This document shows, in pieces, positions 16,276 through 23,901 of a stretch of DNA of 64,000 nt. Position 1 is the first letter of the stretch. Every line of letters starts with the position of its first letter. The notes beneath the pieces are model-generated. The model was given only the letters and a program-made list of their open reading frames with translations, was not told the origin of the DNA and ran no database searches. This stretch comes from Klebsiella phage vB_KpM_FBKp24, in the sequence record MW394391.1; one strand, written 5' to 3'. The position numbers and the translations under genes were made by a program.

Positions 16276-18345
16276 CTATACGGTTTCGTAGTCGGTAATC
16301 TGACGACTGGTGTAAATGAACTTATACGGGTTGGGTTTGCTGTATTGTGCCACCGCCCCGACGGGGGTGTTGTACAGCTGAATTTCCCCAGAGCCGTATG
16401 ACGCGAAGGTTAACTTAGTGCCATTATCACTGGAACAACTGTAGAAGAACGACACTCCGCGTCCGTAGACGTTATTACCCACGGTGTCTTTACCGATGGC
16501 GTAAAGCGCGCCGCGAACGGTGTCGGTTACCTGGTTGCCACTCACCACGGATTCAAAATGAGCGACGTAAGTGTCCAGGCCGTACTCCTCGATCGGATAC
16601 CCGTCAACATTACGGTATGTAGACTGGAAACGAATCCCTGTGACGCCGGTAGTGACAAGAGAACCACGTTTGGCGCCCGTACCGTTACCAAAGTGATTTT
16701 CTATCGTACAACCAACCTCGAGGAATGTCCCTTTGACGCCTAACGAAATAGTTTGCCGATCCGCGCTGTGATGAGTCCCGTAAGTAAACCCATTGGCAAA
16801 TTTACAGTTTTGCACGAAGACTTCCGCGCCGTGGTTATTTAAGCACGCGCTGCCACAGGTTCCGGTAACGTTAATCCCTTTTGCCCAGAGTGATGGTTTC
16901 GCGTTCAGAATAATACTTTCCGCGCCGACCCCTATGTCAGTGTCGTTTATCGCAATGTTCTCAAGGTAAACACAACTGTTCCCGGTGACGTTCAACCCGC
17001 TCCCGGTCGCCACCACTTTAAGGTCGCTATCAGGTTTACGACTGTTCGATGTCTGTACCAGTATCGCAGACGAGGTAACACAGTAAGACCCCGGCGTAGC
17101 GACAACGGTACTTGGGCCATCAACCAAGGTTAACCGTTTAGGGAGTCCTTTGTCATCTAATACCCCGTAGTCAAGAACTCCGGCGACTGACAAATCGCTA
17201 GACAAGTACTGATAAACGGTGGTGCTATCGGAATACAGTGACCAGTTAGTGATCGAGAGATTACCCGTCAAGATAGGTTTGGTTGTCCCTTCACCGATAA
17301 TTGTCAGCGTTCGGTCAGCAATCGTTTTTCGTACGAAAAGCGAGGTAGTGTCTTTAATGATAATTGTACTGGCAGCCGGGGATTTATCCAGTGCCCCGTT
17401 AAGTGTTTTCAGCGGAGCAGAAGAAGTCCCCTCGTTATTGTCTGCGCCTAAATTGCCGTCGACATAGTAGGTGACACCAAACGGATAAAACCATTCTGCC
17501 AGATCCAGATCGGTACTGAATCGCATTAAACCTTGGGATAACGCCCCAGTGTATTGGAACTTATCCTTGAGCGAATCAAATACCGCGGGAAGTTTCGGAA
17601 CGCTGTTTAAACAATTGTTCGCGTTATCATACGAGGTTTCGTAAGACGGTCCCGTTAGTTCCAGTAATTGGCCGCTTCGGAATCGCGCGACGGTTGTTTC
17701 TGCTGTTAGTGCCGCAGACGTCAACGATTGAGTGCTGTCATTCCCCAGAACGATCCCGGTGTGACTAGCGGTAGGCAGGAAAGAGCCCTGTTTGCCCACC
17801 ACAAAATTCTCACCATTGATGCGACTCTTACCTGAAAGAGTAAAAGTTTTTCCATCGGACTGGTAGAGTTGATACGATGATCTTACCCAGTCGCGTATGG
17901 TGGACTCTTGTCCGAAGTACACTTCTAAAGATCCTGTGTACATCAATGAGGTTGAAACGGTTTTGACCGTGTATACCCCAATCGTGGTGGTAAGCGCGGT
18001 GGGATTGAAAGATTCACGTAAGATATCCGTCATGTCTAACTGAAGACCGTAATAACTATTCAGTCGATTGACGATATCCTCTGTGGTGAGTATCCCGGCG
18101 GTAGACATGAACACAATGGGCTCTGGAATGACTTTCGACAACGGCACTCGATTGTATTCGAAGATAGCCGAATCGCGATAATCTCCGCTGTCCGTTGCCA
18201 CGGCAGTGATGCGCGTATTAAACTCTCCACCTGTGATGGCAGTGAGGTTGATGAACTCCAGATCAGAGTCTTTGAAAAACGCGTCGTATTGCGTATTGAG
18301 CTGGCGTATCAGGAGCGCTTTGCTCTTTAAGGAAAAGTCGGTCAT
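16276..18345 (-). CDS. tailspike/depolymerase-like protein A (689 aa; beta-helix; no conserved N-terminal anchor)
   Basis: G/S/T/N-rich repetitive beta-helix sequence; paralogous to B (RFRSGQLLELTGPSYETSYDNANN vs RFRNNRLVEILGLNGETSYDNTGA; C-termini PYKFIYTS/PYQFIYTA). Confidence 0.7.
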   Translation of the reverse strand: MTDFSLKSKALLIRQLNTQYDAFFKDSDLEFINLTAITGGEFNTRITAVATDSGDYRDSAIFEYNRVPLSKVIPEPIVFMSTAGILTTEDIVNRLNSYYGLQLDMTDILRESFNPTALTTTIGVYTVKTVSTSLMYTGSLEVYFGQESTIRDWVRSSYQLYQSDGKTFTLSGKSRINGENFVVGKQGSFLPTASHTGIVLGNDSTQSLTSAALTAETTVARFRSGQLLELTGPSYETSYDNANNCLNSVPKLPAVFDSLKDKFQYTGALSQGLMRFSTDLDLAEWFYPFGVTYYVDGNLGADNNEGTSSAPLKTLNGALDKSPAASTIIIKDTTSLFVRKTIADRTLTIIGEGTTKPILTGNLSITNWSLYSDSTTVYQYLSSDLSVAGVLDYGVLDDKGLPKRLTLVDGPSTVVATPGSYCVTSSAILVQTSNSRKPDSDLKVVATGSGLNVTGNSCVYLENIAINDTDIGVGAESIILNAKPSLWAKGINVTGTCGSACLNNHGAEVFVQNCKFANGFTYGTHHSADRQTISLGVKGTFLEVGCTIENHFGNGTGAKRGSLVTTGVTGIRFQSTYRNVDGYPIEEYGLDTYVAHFESVVSGNQVTDTVRGALYAIGKDTVGNNVYGRGVSFFYSCSSDNGTKLTFASYGSGEIQLYNTPVGAVAQYSKPNPYKFIYTSRQITDYETV

Positions 18346-18360
18346 TTTAAAATGCCCCTG

Positions 18361-20400
18361 TTAAGCGGTATAAATAAACTGGTACGGCGTCAATACTTGC
18401 GTGGCCGGTTTCGATCCAATATCCGTGTCGAACAATGCAATCTTCCCTACCGAATTCGGTGTAAAGGAAAACGCGCTGTTGTCAGTTTTACAACTCCAGT
18501 ATTGTGCTGCTGCGCTATTAAGAGAGTTTGTCCCTACGCAGTAGTGCGAAAGGTTACCGAGTGTGTTCGTTACAGAAGTAGACTGGCACGCGATGTTAAG
18601 AGAGAACGTCCCTTCCCCGGAGTCACTGACATGATTACCGTCACAGGCGGTGTACGTCGAATTAATACGGAGGATTGTCCCGTAAGAAGCCAAACGCGAT
18701 GCTGAGGACGTATGATTTCCATCAAAGCCGCAATAGCTGACAGTAGCACGATTCTCAATAACCCAGTACTTAACATTCATGGACGGGAGTACACGGTCGG
18801 TAGAATAACGGAAACCACCGGCGAAACCAAACTGAGCGATGCAATTCTGATGCGCGACGTTATAACCATAACTCCCGAAAGACGGGTCTTTAAATGTCCA
18901 CCCAAAGGTGCACTGCGACATGTAAAGATAGCCGTATGCGCGAGGGACGGTCATGTCCGCAATGAAACCGTTGTAGGAGAGATCGAAGTTACATTTCTCC
19001 ATAAACACATTGGCACTATCAGCGACCGAACCCGACAGAGTTTTAGCAATCAGGTAAACATTCGTATCCGGCTTACGATTATCCGAGAGATGGACATAAA
19101 CTCGACCGTTGGTATTGTCAACGTAGAAAGAGTGCGGAGTATTCGCGCAATCCACCGCGGATGTTTTTGCTAATAGTCTCCCGTACCCGGTAACCGAAGA
19201 AACTGTTTTATCTACCAACGTGGCAATGTCAGTCGCTGACGTATACCAGGTATTCGCATCGTAACCCGACCAGTTAGTGGTTTGGCGACTGGAGGTAAAG
19301 ACAGGATTACTGTCTCCGTAGCCTACGATATCCACTGTCCGGTTACGGATTGTTTGCGTCCAACCTGAATCGGCGTCGTAGTAGGCATCGCTATAACCCT
19401 TAACACGAATCACGCGGGCGGCGGGTAACGCATTGAGCGCACGTTTAAATGTTTTAAACGCCGTCGCTGCGGTTGTACCGTCGTTAGTATCTACGCCGGT
19501 TTTGATATCGACATAATAGACAGTGCCTGTCGCGGCGCGTTTGGTTGTAACATCAAAAGTGAGGTTGTAGCTCAAAACACCCGCATTCAGTGACGCAGTG
19601 ATTCCTAAAGTTTCCGGGATCGCAGAAAGTTGAGATGGCACTACTGGCATTTTGGGCAATAGCGCGCCGGTATTATCGTAAGACGTTTCCCCATTTAATC
19701 CCAGTATCTCCACTAAACGGTTATTCCGAAAACGCGCTAAGAGTTTATTCGTCGTGCTTTTATAACTGTTACTCGGAATGACTTTACCGGTCGGTGACAA
19801 ATACAACGCAGTGATGCCGTTTCGTTGTGCAAGGCTTCTGGAGACATCGACAACTGTCTGGCCGTTAATTGTCCAGTGACCGCCCATGTAATTGATAGTA
19901 CTGTAATCCGCCGCGACCATAAATTGCAACGCATTAAAGTAACTATATACCGCGTCTTGCGTACCCAGATAGATAGTTACGTCACCCGTATAAACCAGAT
20001 GGTTATCAGCAATGCTAAGTGTAATTTTCCGTACACCAGGGGCCACGTCATCCGGGCGATAAGGACCGTCAACAATGTCAGTGCTGGTCAACGCCAGTTC
20101 ATATTTTTGGTTGATGTAAGGAATAAGGTCAACGAGACGTGAAAGCGCGAGGTCTTCCAATTGGCAATACGGTCGCGCTAAAAGCTTCTTGAAGCTCAGG
20201 CGGTTATATTGTACAGCAACCCCTAAGGATTGCAAAGAAGAACCGTTGGAGAGCGTTATGGAAGTATTCAGTCCATTAATCACGGTTGTGTTAGTAGCGG
20301 GCGTCCCTAACGAGATTGTGGAGATCGTATAGTTCGTACCGTTCGCTTCATTAATCAGATCGATCGCGATCTGTTTTGGGGTCTGTTTCAGATCAACCAT
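18361..20400 (-). CDS. tailspike/depolymerase-like protein B (679 aa; paralog of A)
   Basis: see A; 15-nt gap to A implies co-transcription B->A. Confidence 0.7.
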   Translation of the reverse strand: MVDLKQTPKQIAIDLINEANGTNYTISTISLGTPATNTTVINGLNTSITLSNGSSLQSLGVAVQYNRLSFKKLLARPYCQLEDLALSRLVDLIPYINQKYELALTSTDIVDGPYRPDDVAPGVRKITLSIADNHLVYTGDVTIYLGTQDAVYSYFNALQFMVAADYSTINYMGGHWTINGQTVVDVSRSLAQRNGITALYLSPTGKVIPSNSYKSTTNKLLARFRNNRLVEILGLNGETSYDNTGALLPKMPVVPSQLSAIPETLGITASLNAGVLSYNLTFDVTTKRAATGTVYYVDIKTGVDTNDGTTAATAFKTFKRALNALPAARVIRVKGYSDAYYDADSGWTQTIRNRTVDIVGYGDSNPVFTSSRQTTNWSGYDANTWYTSATDIATLVDKTVSSVTGYGRLLAKTSAVDCANTPHSFYVDNTNGRVYVHLSDNRKPDTNVYLIAKTLSGSVADSANVFMEKCNFDLSYNGFIADMTVPRAYGYLYMSQCTFGWTFKDPSFGSYGYNVAHQNCIAQFGFAGGFRYSTDRVLPSMNVKYWVIENRATVSYCGFDGNHTSSASRLASYGTILRINSTYTACDGNHVSDSGEGTFSLNIACQSTSVTNTLGNLSHYCVGTNSLNSAAAQYWSCKTDNSAFSFTPNSVGKIALFDTDIGSKPATQVLTPYQFIYTA

Positions 20401-20437
20401 TTCAATTCTTCCCTCAATTTACGGGGCGTGAGAAGTG

Positions 20438-20455
20438 CATTCATAGAAAGGTTTT
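20438..20455 (-). promoter_or_regulatory. candidate late-type promoter motif (coding strand AAAACCTTTCTATGAATG)
   Basis: TTTCTATGA element ~40 nt upstream of ATG 20400, after terminator hairpin. Confidence 0.3.
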
Positions 20456-20492
20456 AGGGGTAAAAAGAAAAAATGGCGACAGGTGAAAATAA

Positions 20493-20520
20493 GGAGAAGA
20501 GAGCAAAAGCTCTCTTCTCC
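20493..20520 (-). terminator. terminator hairpin ggagaagagagc-aaaa-gctctcttctcc
   Basis: 12-bp perfect stem between acidic-protein gene and tailspike B. Confidence 0.6.
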
Positions 20521-20531
20521 TTTAATTTACA

Positions 20532-20933
20532 TTATTCGTCGTCTTCGAAGTCTTCCGGTCCAGATTGGTAGTCGTCGTCTTCGTCGTCTTCGTCAAAATC
20601 ATCGAGGTCTTCTTCATCGAGAAGATCCGGATCGGTCTCTTCGAGGTACCAGTCGTTATCGGCCAGTAACGCATTGAAAGAATCGCTACCCGCTTCGATT
20701 AACGCTTCGGTGACGGCCCCGGAATCGTTTTCGGTAACACTCACAACGGTGAGGTCTTCCCCGTCAACGCTTTTGTCGGCGACGTCCGGTTTGTACAACT
20801 CGAATCCTATCTGAGTGTTAACTGTTTCCAACGTCTCAGAAAGATCCAGCGGATCGACGGGTCGGCCATTTTTATCAGTGACTTCGAACGTTTCTTCTTC
20901 GGTATTGAATTTCAGGATTGTGCGGTGGGTCAT
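20532..20933 (-). CDS. highly acidic protein (133 aa; ~45 D/E vs ~7 K/R) - candidate DNA-mimic/anti-restriction-type protein
   Basis: C-terminal tail ETDPDLLDEEDLDDFDEDDEDDDYQSGPEDFEDDE. Confidence 0.5.
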   Translation of the reverse strand: MTHRTILKFNTEEETFEVTDKNGRPVDPLDLSETLETVNTQIGFELYKPDVADKSVDGEDLTVVSVTENDSGAVTEALIEAGSDSFNALLADNDWYLEETDPDLLDEEDLDDFDEDDEDDDYQSGPEDFEDDE

Positions 20934-21259
20934 TTCCAGTCCTCTTGTTTACGTTTAAGGAAAAGTGCATCGATTACCTTGAGATCAATGGCGATCACTT
21001 CGGTATCGGCATGGGGTTGTAAAAAGTAAAGCGATAGGGTTTCGGTGTCCGTCAATTTTCCAACGACATTAAAAAGAACACCATTAACCATTCCACTAAC
21101 GCCGGTTTTCAGGTTTAGGGCAACGATTAATTGTCGTCCTAATAGGTCACAATTATTTCCAGGGTATTCATTTTTTAACTTAAATAAAACACGGGAAATC
21201 TTTTCTTGCCATTTCGGGATGACAAGCTGTAAGAGTTCGGTTCGAGTGAGAGCTAACAT
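20930..21259 (-). CDS. hypothetical protein (109 aa)
   Basis: ORF track; ATGA overlap with acidic-protein gene. Confidence 0.5.
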   Translation of the reverse strand: MLALTRTELLQLVIPKWQEKISRVLFKLKNEYPGNNCDLLGRQLIVALNLKTGVSGMVNGVLFNVVGKLTDTETLSLYFLQPHADTEVIAIDLKVIDALFLKRKQEDWK

Positions 21260-21373
21260 ATTTTTACCTGGTGTGATTTTTCTTCATAATAACTTTGCGT
21301 TATTTTTGATGTTTTTAGGTCGGGAAAAAATGAAGGGTTATTGGTATGTGAACACCAAAAACTAACAAGGTAA

Positions 21374-21595
21374 ATGACAAAGATGAGTCTCGCAATTATT
21401 CCTACTACAGCACAAAAGATCGTGGAAATTACTCGTAGCAAAATCGACCCAAATGCAGTAACGCTAATTTTTGAAGACGGTAAAGACGAAACCTTTTTGG
21501 ACTGGTTTGTTCAGAAACACAAACCCGCAGTAGGTCGTTTCTTGGCGAAAGATGTGGAAGGATTTACGCACGTCATCGACAGTATTGAAGCTTAA
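21374..21595 (+). CDS. hypothetical protein (73 aa), only plus-strand gene within the 36-kb minus-strand block
   Basis: balanced composition, followed by bidirectional hairpin terminator; divergent from 20930..21259. Confidence 0.45.
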   Translation: MTKMSLAIIPTTAQKIVEITRSKIDPNAVTLIFEDGKDETFLDWFVQKHKPAVGRFLAKDVEGFTHVIDSIEA

Positions 21596-21607
21596 AACAA
21601 GATACAG

Positions 21608-21637
21608 ATTGGTGAGGGGTTAATTCCCCTCACCAAT
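21608..21637. terminator. bidirectional terminator hairpin attggtgagggg-ttaatt-cccctcaccaat
   Basis: 12-bp perfect stem between convergent genes. Confidence 0.65.
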
Positions 21638-21940
21638 CTACTCTATGTTTGTATTTAAAACGTCTTGCTCGGAATAGAACTTATCTTCTACTACGCTGTC
21701 AAACGCCATAGAACGCATCAGGAGCGATTCAACTGGTCTATGGTAATAAACCTTATTATCCCAGGGAGGAAGCAAATTAGAGAGCAATAAGGCGGCTTCC
21801 GTGACCAACGGTAAATTGTCATCGGGTACAAAAGAAAGTGCTTCGTCCAATGCTTCGAGCAAAACATGGCGGGGGGTAAACATTACGTAATCGTCCTTAT
21901 TAAAAAAGAATAAGGTGAGGACCGAAGTCCTCACGCTCAT
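21638..21940 (-). CDS. hypothetical protein (100 aa)
   Basis: ORF track. Confidence 0.5.
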   Translation of the reverse strand: MSVRTSVLTLFFFNKDDYVMFTPRHVLLEALDEALSFVPDDNLPLVTEAALLLSNLLPPWDNKVYYHRPVESLLMRSMAFDSVVEDKFYSEQDVLNTNIE

Positions 21941-22030
21941 TTGTCTTCACTGAATGTCTCGTCATTAACCGGCACTGTGAATAACAGTTAATTAAGAGTT
22001 TCCGAGGGTGTCTTATTTCCTCATCACACT

Positions 22031-22051
22031 AGTGATATAGATGTGAAAAAA
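22031..22051 (-). promoter_or_regulatory. candidate early-type promoter motif (coding strand TTTTTTCACATCTATATCACT)
   Basis: fourth instance of CTATATCAC motif, ~90 nt upstream of ATG 21940. Confidence 0.35.
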
Positions 22052-22059
22052 GGTGGGGA

Positions 22060-23856
22060 TTAAGAAAGGTATGCGTAAATCTGGCGATTTTTAGCGTCTA
22101 TACCAGTAAGGTTGACAGTGATCGTGGTACCATCGGTGGAAATACCCACTGTGAAACTGACTCCCGTAGGTGTGCTACTACTATCACCCCAACGATTAGT
22201 AGGATAGGTTTTAAGATTGCCGAGATCGGTGATTAATGTCGGGTTAGTCGTCTCCCACCCCATGAGTAACGGGACTCTTAGGTATTCTAAGTTGCCAGCT
22301 GAGCCATCTCTTGATTCGATATTGAGATTGTAGACATTAGGAATTTGATATTTAGTTAATGCAGTCCGGGTGAATGAAAATGAGGCAGTGCCCCCGGCGT
22401 TTAATGTAATGTTTACGGGGCTACCGATAGAAACGCGACCATTCCTAATTTGAAATACGCCTACTGTACAAGCATTTGAGATACCGTGGTTGCCGAAATA
22501 CGTTTTACTAGCGGCAATAGCGGTTTCTTTAACAAAACCAAGATAACCGCCACTGAAATAAGAACCAGTAACAACAGTTACCATCGACGAACCATTTCCG
22601 GTCGTAATGATATCGTATTCCGGAGTTGCTGTCCCTGTGCCATCGTCATTCACCCCTCTTGTAGTTCTGATTCCGGTGAGTACCAAGACGGAGTCGTCAG
22701 ATTGGAGAATATTACATTGTTCGGTTGTCCCCGCCGTACCTTTACTACCATTACGCTGAATTGAGCAGGTAGAACAAGTGATTGAGGATCCCCCCATCAC
22801 CGCCAAACCTGCTTTTCCGTTCCTATCAATCAGCTCACCGGTGTATGTGTTACCTACCGACTGGTAAAGATAGATACCTTCTCCATCGTTCCACTCGATT
22901 CTCACACCCACAAACGCATTATTATTTGCGCCAGTCAGTAAAGAGATTGCCCGACCGGTATTGGCGTTAAAAGTTGTGTCCATTAATCTGGAGTCAATTA
23001 AATTGTTAGCGCCGAGATTACACCCGTGAATGTTACACCCTCTAGCGTACAAGGTACCTACGTAGTTAGATTTACCTAAGCCTATAGCCCAACGATAAAT
23101 ACCACAACGCTCAAATCGACAACCGTTAAGTTGACCGCTACCCTGCATCAAATTGACCGATTTATCTCTCCCGTCAAAATTGATACCGACGAAATTATGT
23201 CGCCCGGTGAAAGCGAATAAGTAACTCGCCCCCGCGCCCAGTCTTATAACTGTCCCGGTATTATCGAAACTACTGTTTGATGGTGTGGTATAGGGTCGAT
23301 AGCAACTCCCGTAAATACAGAACCCCATAGGTATGGTCACGGTACCTGCATGAACATAAACCCCGACTACCGGCGGATATACTAGATACTTTTCCCCGGC
23401 GTCAATTGCGGCTTTCAATGCATAATCAACGTTGACTTCTACACCAACAGTACTCTTAATGAGCAGTTGATCTTCTTTCGTCATATACGAAAGAATGTTA
23501 GAGGATAAAAGATCAGTGACCTTCGCATTCCCTATCTCACTTATTGAATCCATTTCCTCGTTTAAATCGCGGAGATTGAGGTACTTATTTAATGCATAGA
23601 CACCATTATCAGTTACCACTTGCAAAACGTTCTGCGATGACAGCGTCACTGTGGTTATGGTACCTGTTAAACCCCCAAGATCGAAGAACTGATTGCTTTC
23701 TTCATGAAATAGTACGCTTTCCGTACCTGATGGAATAACTGCACCAACTTCGGCTTTGATAATGTTACTTTCGTCGACCCCGTATAACTGAGCGTTTACT
23801 TGATTCTGTACCTTTAACCCTGTTGATCCGGAAGGTTGTACTAAACGATCTAACAT
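22060..23856 (-). CDS. tailspike/depolymerase-like protein C (598 aa; beta-helix; N-terminus QPSGSTG-type shared with F)
   Basis: repetitive G/N/T-rich beta-helix sequence (NxxGxxIxG repeats); N-terminus MLDRLVQPSGSTGLKVQNQ similar to F MQTNFIQPGGSTSVQSSG. Confidence 0.65.
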   Translation of the reverse strand: MLDRLVQPSGSTGLKVQNQVNAQLYGVDESNIIKAEVGAVIPSGTESVLFHEESNQFFDLGGLTGTITTVTLSSQNVLQVVTDNGVYALNKYLNLRDLNEEMDSISEIGNAKVTDLLSSNILSYMTKEDQLLIKSTVGVEVNVDYALKAAIDAGEKYLVYPPVVGVYVHAGTVTIPMGFCIYGSCYRPYTTPSNSSFDNTGTVIRLGAGASYLFAFTGRHNFVGINFDGRDKSVNLMQGSGQLNGCRFERCGIYRWAIGLGKSNYVGTLYARGCNIHGCNLGANNLIDSRLMDTTFNANTGRAISLLTGANNNAFVGVRIEWNDGEGIYLYQSVGNTYTGELIDRNGKAGLAVMGGSSITCSTCSIQRNGSKGTAGTTEQCNILQSDDSVLVLTGIRTTRGVNDDGTGTATPEYDIITTGNGSSMVTVVTGSYFSGGYLGFVKETAIAASKTYFGNHGISNACTVGVFQIRNGRVSIGSPVNITLNAGGTASFSFTRTALTKYQIPNVYNLNIESRDGSAGNLEYLRVPLLMGWETTNPTLITDLGNLKTYPTNRWGDSSSTPTGVSFTVGISTDGTTITVNLTGIDAKNRQIYAYLS

Positions 23857-23869
23857 GTTATTTCCTCTT

Positions 23870-23891
23870 AAAAGGGGAATAAACCCCTTTT
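23870..23891 (-). terminator. hairpin aaaagggg-aataa-cccctttt between tailspikes D and C (attenuator/terminator)
   Basis: 8-bp stem, T-run after on both strands. Confidence 0.45.
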
Positions 23892-23901
23892 TATTAAAAG
23901 T

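Noticed and set aside
18352-20142. Several plus-strand ORFs (18352-18705, 18712-19173, 19825-20142) and many others inside tailspike genes
   Set aside because: All antisense to long, well-supported tailspike ORFs; Arg/Cys-rich translations; typical consequence of codon bias on the coding strand.
21253-21441. 62-aa minus-strand ORF
   Set aside because: Lies antisense across the start of the better-supported plus-strand gene 21374..21595 and the divergent promoter region; hydrophobic junk-like translation.
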